Positions 62,610-64,000 of a stretch of 64,000 nt of DNA are shown here, one piece after another (within the stretch, counting starts at the first letter, position 1; every line of letters begins with the position of its first letter). This stretch comes from Pseudomonadota bacterium (GTDB lineage Bacteria > Pseudomonadota > Gammaproteobacteria > Burkholderiales > Burkholderiaceae_B), in NCBI GenBank assembly GCA_023427085.1, contig JAEZBO010000241.1:256-64255 (forward strand), in the 5' to 3' direction. Position numbers and translations under genes: made by a program. The notes beneath the pieces were generated by a model. It saw only the letters and a program-made list of their open reading frames with translations, made no database searches and was not told where the DNA came from.

Positions 62610-63992
62610 TCAGCGCTCGTTGCGGACCCGGCGCACCTGAGGAAGGGTCACCGGCCCGGCTTGATTGTCCCAACTGTTACGGATGTAGGTCACCACGGCC
62701 GCCACGTCGGCATCGTCGAGCACGTGCGCGAACGGCGGCATGCCGTGCGGGCGCGGCTGGTGCACGGTGGCCGGCGCAAAGCCGCCCGCCAGCACCACGC
62801 GGATCGCATTGACCGGTTCGATGGCGGTCACGGTCGGATTGCCGGCCAGCGGCGGCCAGGCCTGCGCCACGCCCTGCCCATCGGCCTGGTGGCAGGCAGC
62901 GCAGAACTGCGCGTAGTGCTTGCGGCCCAGCGCCATGACGCCCGGGTCGGGCGCCGCGGCAGCGGCACGATCCAGTCCGGCCGGCGGCAGGCTTTTCAGG
63001 TAGCGCGCCATCGCCTGCGCGTCCTCGGCGCTGGCCCACTGCAGGCCGTTGCGCACCGACTCGGCCATCGGCCCCAGCGCATACGAATGCCGCGCCATGC
63101 CGCTGCGCAGCAGGTCGGCGATGTCCTGTTCGCTCCAGCGGCCCAGGCCGACGCCGTCGTCGCCGGTCAGCGGCGGCGCGTACCAGTTCTGCGCCGGAAT
63201 CACGCCGCCCTGCAGCGGTTTGCCGCCTTGCAGCGCACCCAGGCGGCCGCGCGCGGTATGGCATTCGGCGCAATGCGCCACGCCTTCGACCAGGTAGCGC
63301 CCGCGCAGCCATTGCGGATCGTCGGCCGCGCCGGCGACGCCTTGCGGAAGAGCAGCGGCGGCGTCGAAATACAGCGCCCGCCACAACGCGATCAGCGGCC
63401 GCTGGTTGTACGGGAACGCCAGGCCGTGTGGCGTGCTGGGCTGCTTGACCGCCGGCAGGCTGCGCAGATAGGCAAAGATGGCATCGGCGTCGTCACGGCT
63501 GAGGTGGCGATAGCTGGTGTACGGGAACGCCGGATACAACAAGGCCCCGTCGGGACGTTTGCCATGCCGCAGCGCGCGCCAGAAATCGTCGGCGCTCCAG
63601 TTGCCCAGGCCGTACTCCGGATCGGGTGTCAGGTTGGGGCCGAAGAAGTCGCCGAACGGCGTCGGGATCGCGCGGCCGCCGGCATAGGCCTGACCAGCGG
63701 GCGCGGTGTGGCAACCCATACAATTGCCCACCGCGGCCAGGTAGCGGCCGCGCTCGATCCGCTCGGCGCTGCCGCCGGCGGGCGGTGGCTTGGCGGTCGT
63801 CGGTGACGCGTTGGTGGTTGATGCGGCGGTGGTGGTTGATGCGGCGGTCGCGGCGGTCGCGGCTGACGCGGCTGACGCGGCGGCGTCGGTCGGCGGGCCA
63901 CCGAGCGTGGGCAGCGCCGGCAGCGCGGCGTGAGCGGCCGCCGGCGCCGCCGCCGGCATCGTAGCGGGCTCGCGCGTGCCGAGCCAGAACAT
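62610..63992 (-). CDS. Tri-haem cytochrome c subunit (dehydrogenase-associated type); 5' end close to the window edge
   Basis: Three CXXCH motifs (CMGCH, CAECH, CAACH) with spacing typical of alcohol/gluconate dehydrogenase cytochrome subunits. The true start may lie beyond nt 64000. Confidence 0.75.
   Translation of the reverse strand: MFWLGTREPATMPAAAPAAAHAALPALPTLGGPPTDAAASAASAATAATAASTTTAASTTNASPTTAKPPPAGGSAERIERGRYLAAVGNCMGCHTAPAGQAYAGGRAIPTPFGDFFGPNLTPDPEYGLGNWSADDFWRALRHGKRPDGALLYPAFPYTSYRHLSRDDADAIFAYLRSLPAVKQPSTPHGLAFPYNQRPLIALWRALYFDAAAALPQGVAGAADDPQWLRGRYLVEGVAHCAECHTARGRLGALQGGKPLQGGVIPAQNWYAPPLTGDDGVGLGRWSEQDIADLLRSGMARHSYALGPMAESVRNGLQWASAEDAQAMARYLKSLPPAGLDRAAAAAPDPGVMALGRKHYAQFCAACHQADGQGVAQAWPPLAGNPTVTAIEPVNAIRVVLAGGFAPATVHQPRPHGMPPFAHVLDDADVAAVVTYIRNSWDNQAGPVTLPQVRRVRNER
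63813..63884 (-). repeat. In-frame tandem repeats in the cytochrome c N-terminal linker (2 x 18 bp, then 9-bp units)
   Basis: GGTGGTTGATGCGGCGGT twice (63813, 63831), then CGCGGCNGN units. Encodes AASAASAATAATAASTTTAASTT. Confidence 0.65.
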
Positions 63993-64000
63993 CGCCGCCA

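Overview
High-G+C chromosomal segment with beta-proteobacterial (Burkholderiales-like) gene content: a Bug/TctC-family binding protein, an mltG-tmk-holB-tatD-ankyrin block, ppsR/ppsA, smpB/ratA/rnfH, and a valine-catabolic acd-ech-mmsB cluster. I support about 65 protein-coding genes, mostly core metabolism and housekeeping, plus solute-utilisation clusters: an amino-acid ABC system, and a D-erythronate/tetronate otn cluster with a TRAP transporter. I found no rRNA, tRNA, CRISPR array, IS element, prophage or recognisable defence system, and I cannot point to a clear-cut novel multi-gene system. The strongest unannotated signal is structural. An intergenic 28-mer at 33455-33482 matches the dif (XerC/XerD) site architecture. 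GGGNAGGG (KOPS-like) octamers are found only on the + strand to its left (9 to 0) and only on the - strand to its right (10 to 0). The window therefore very probably spans the replication terminus. Secondary observations: (1) a proline-racemase-family gene broken by one in-frame TGA and lacking both catalytic cysteines; (2) a HisD-paralogue/SDR/LacI operon divergent from the otn cluster, a possible undescribed feeder pathway; (3) a bipartite lipoate ligase; (4) candidate operators for LacI, GntR and FrmR regulators; (5) several short tandem-repeat arrays; (6) an AT-rich island inside coding sequence; (7) a sensor-less sigma-54 activator module. Many very long ORFs in the track are antisense or out-of-frame artefacts of the high G+C content. 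All calls rest on reading translations and motifs by eye; no database search was run.
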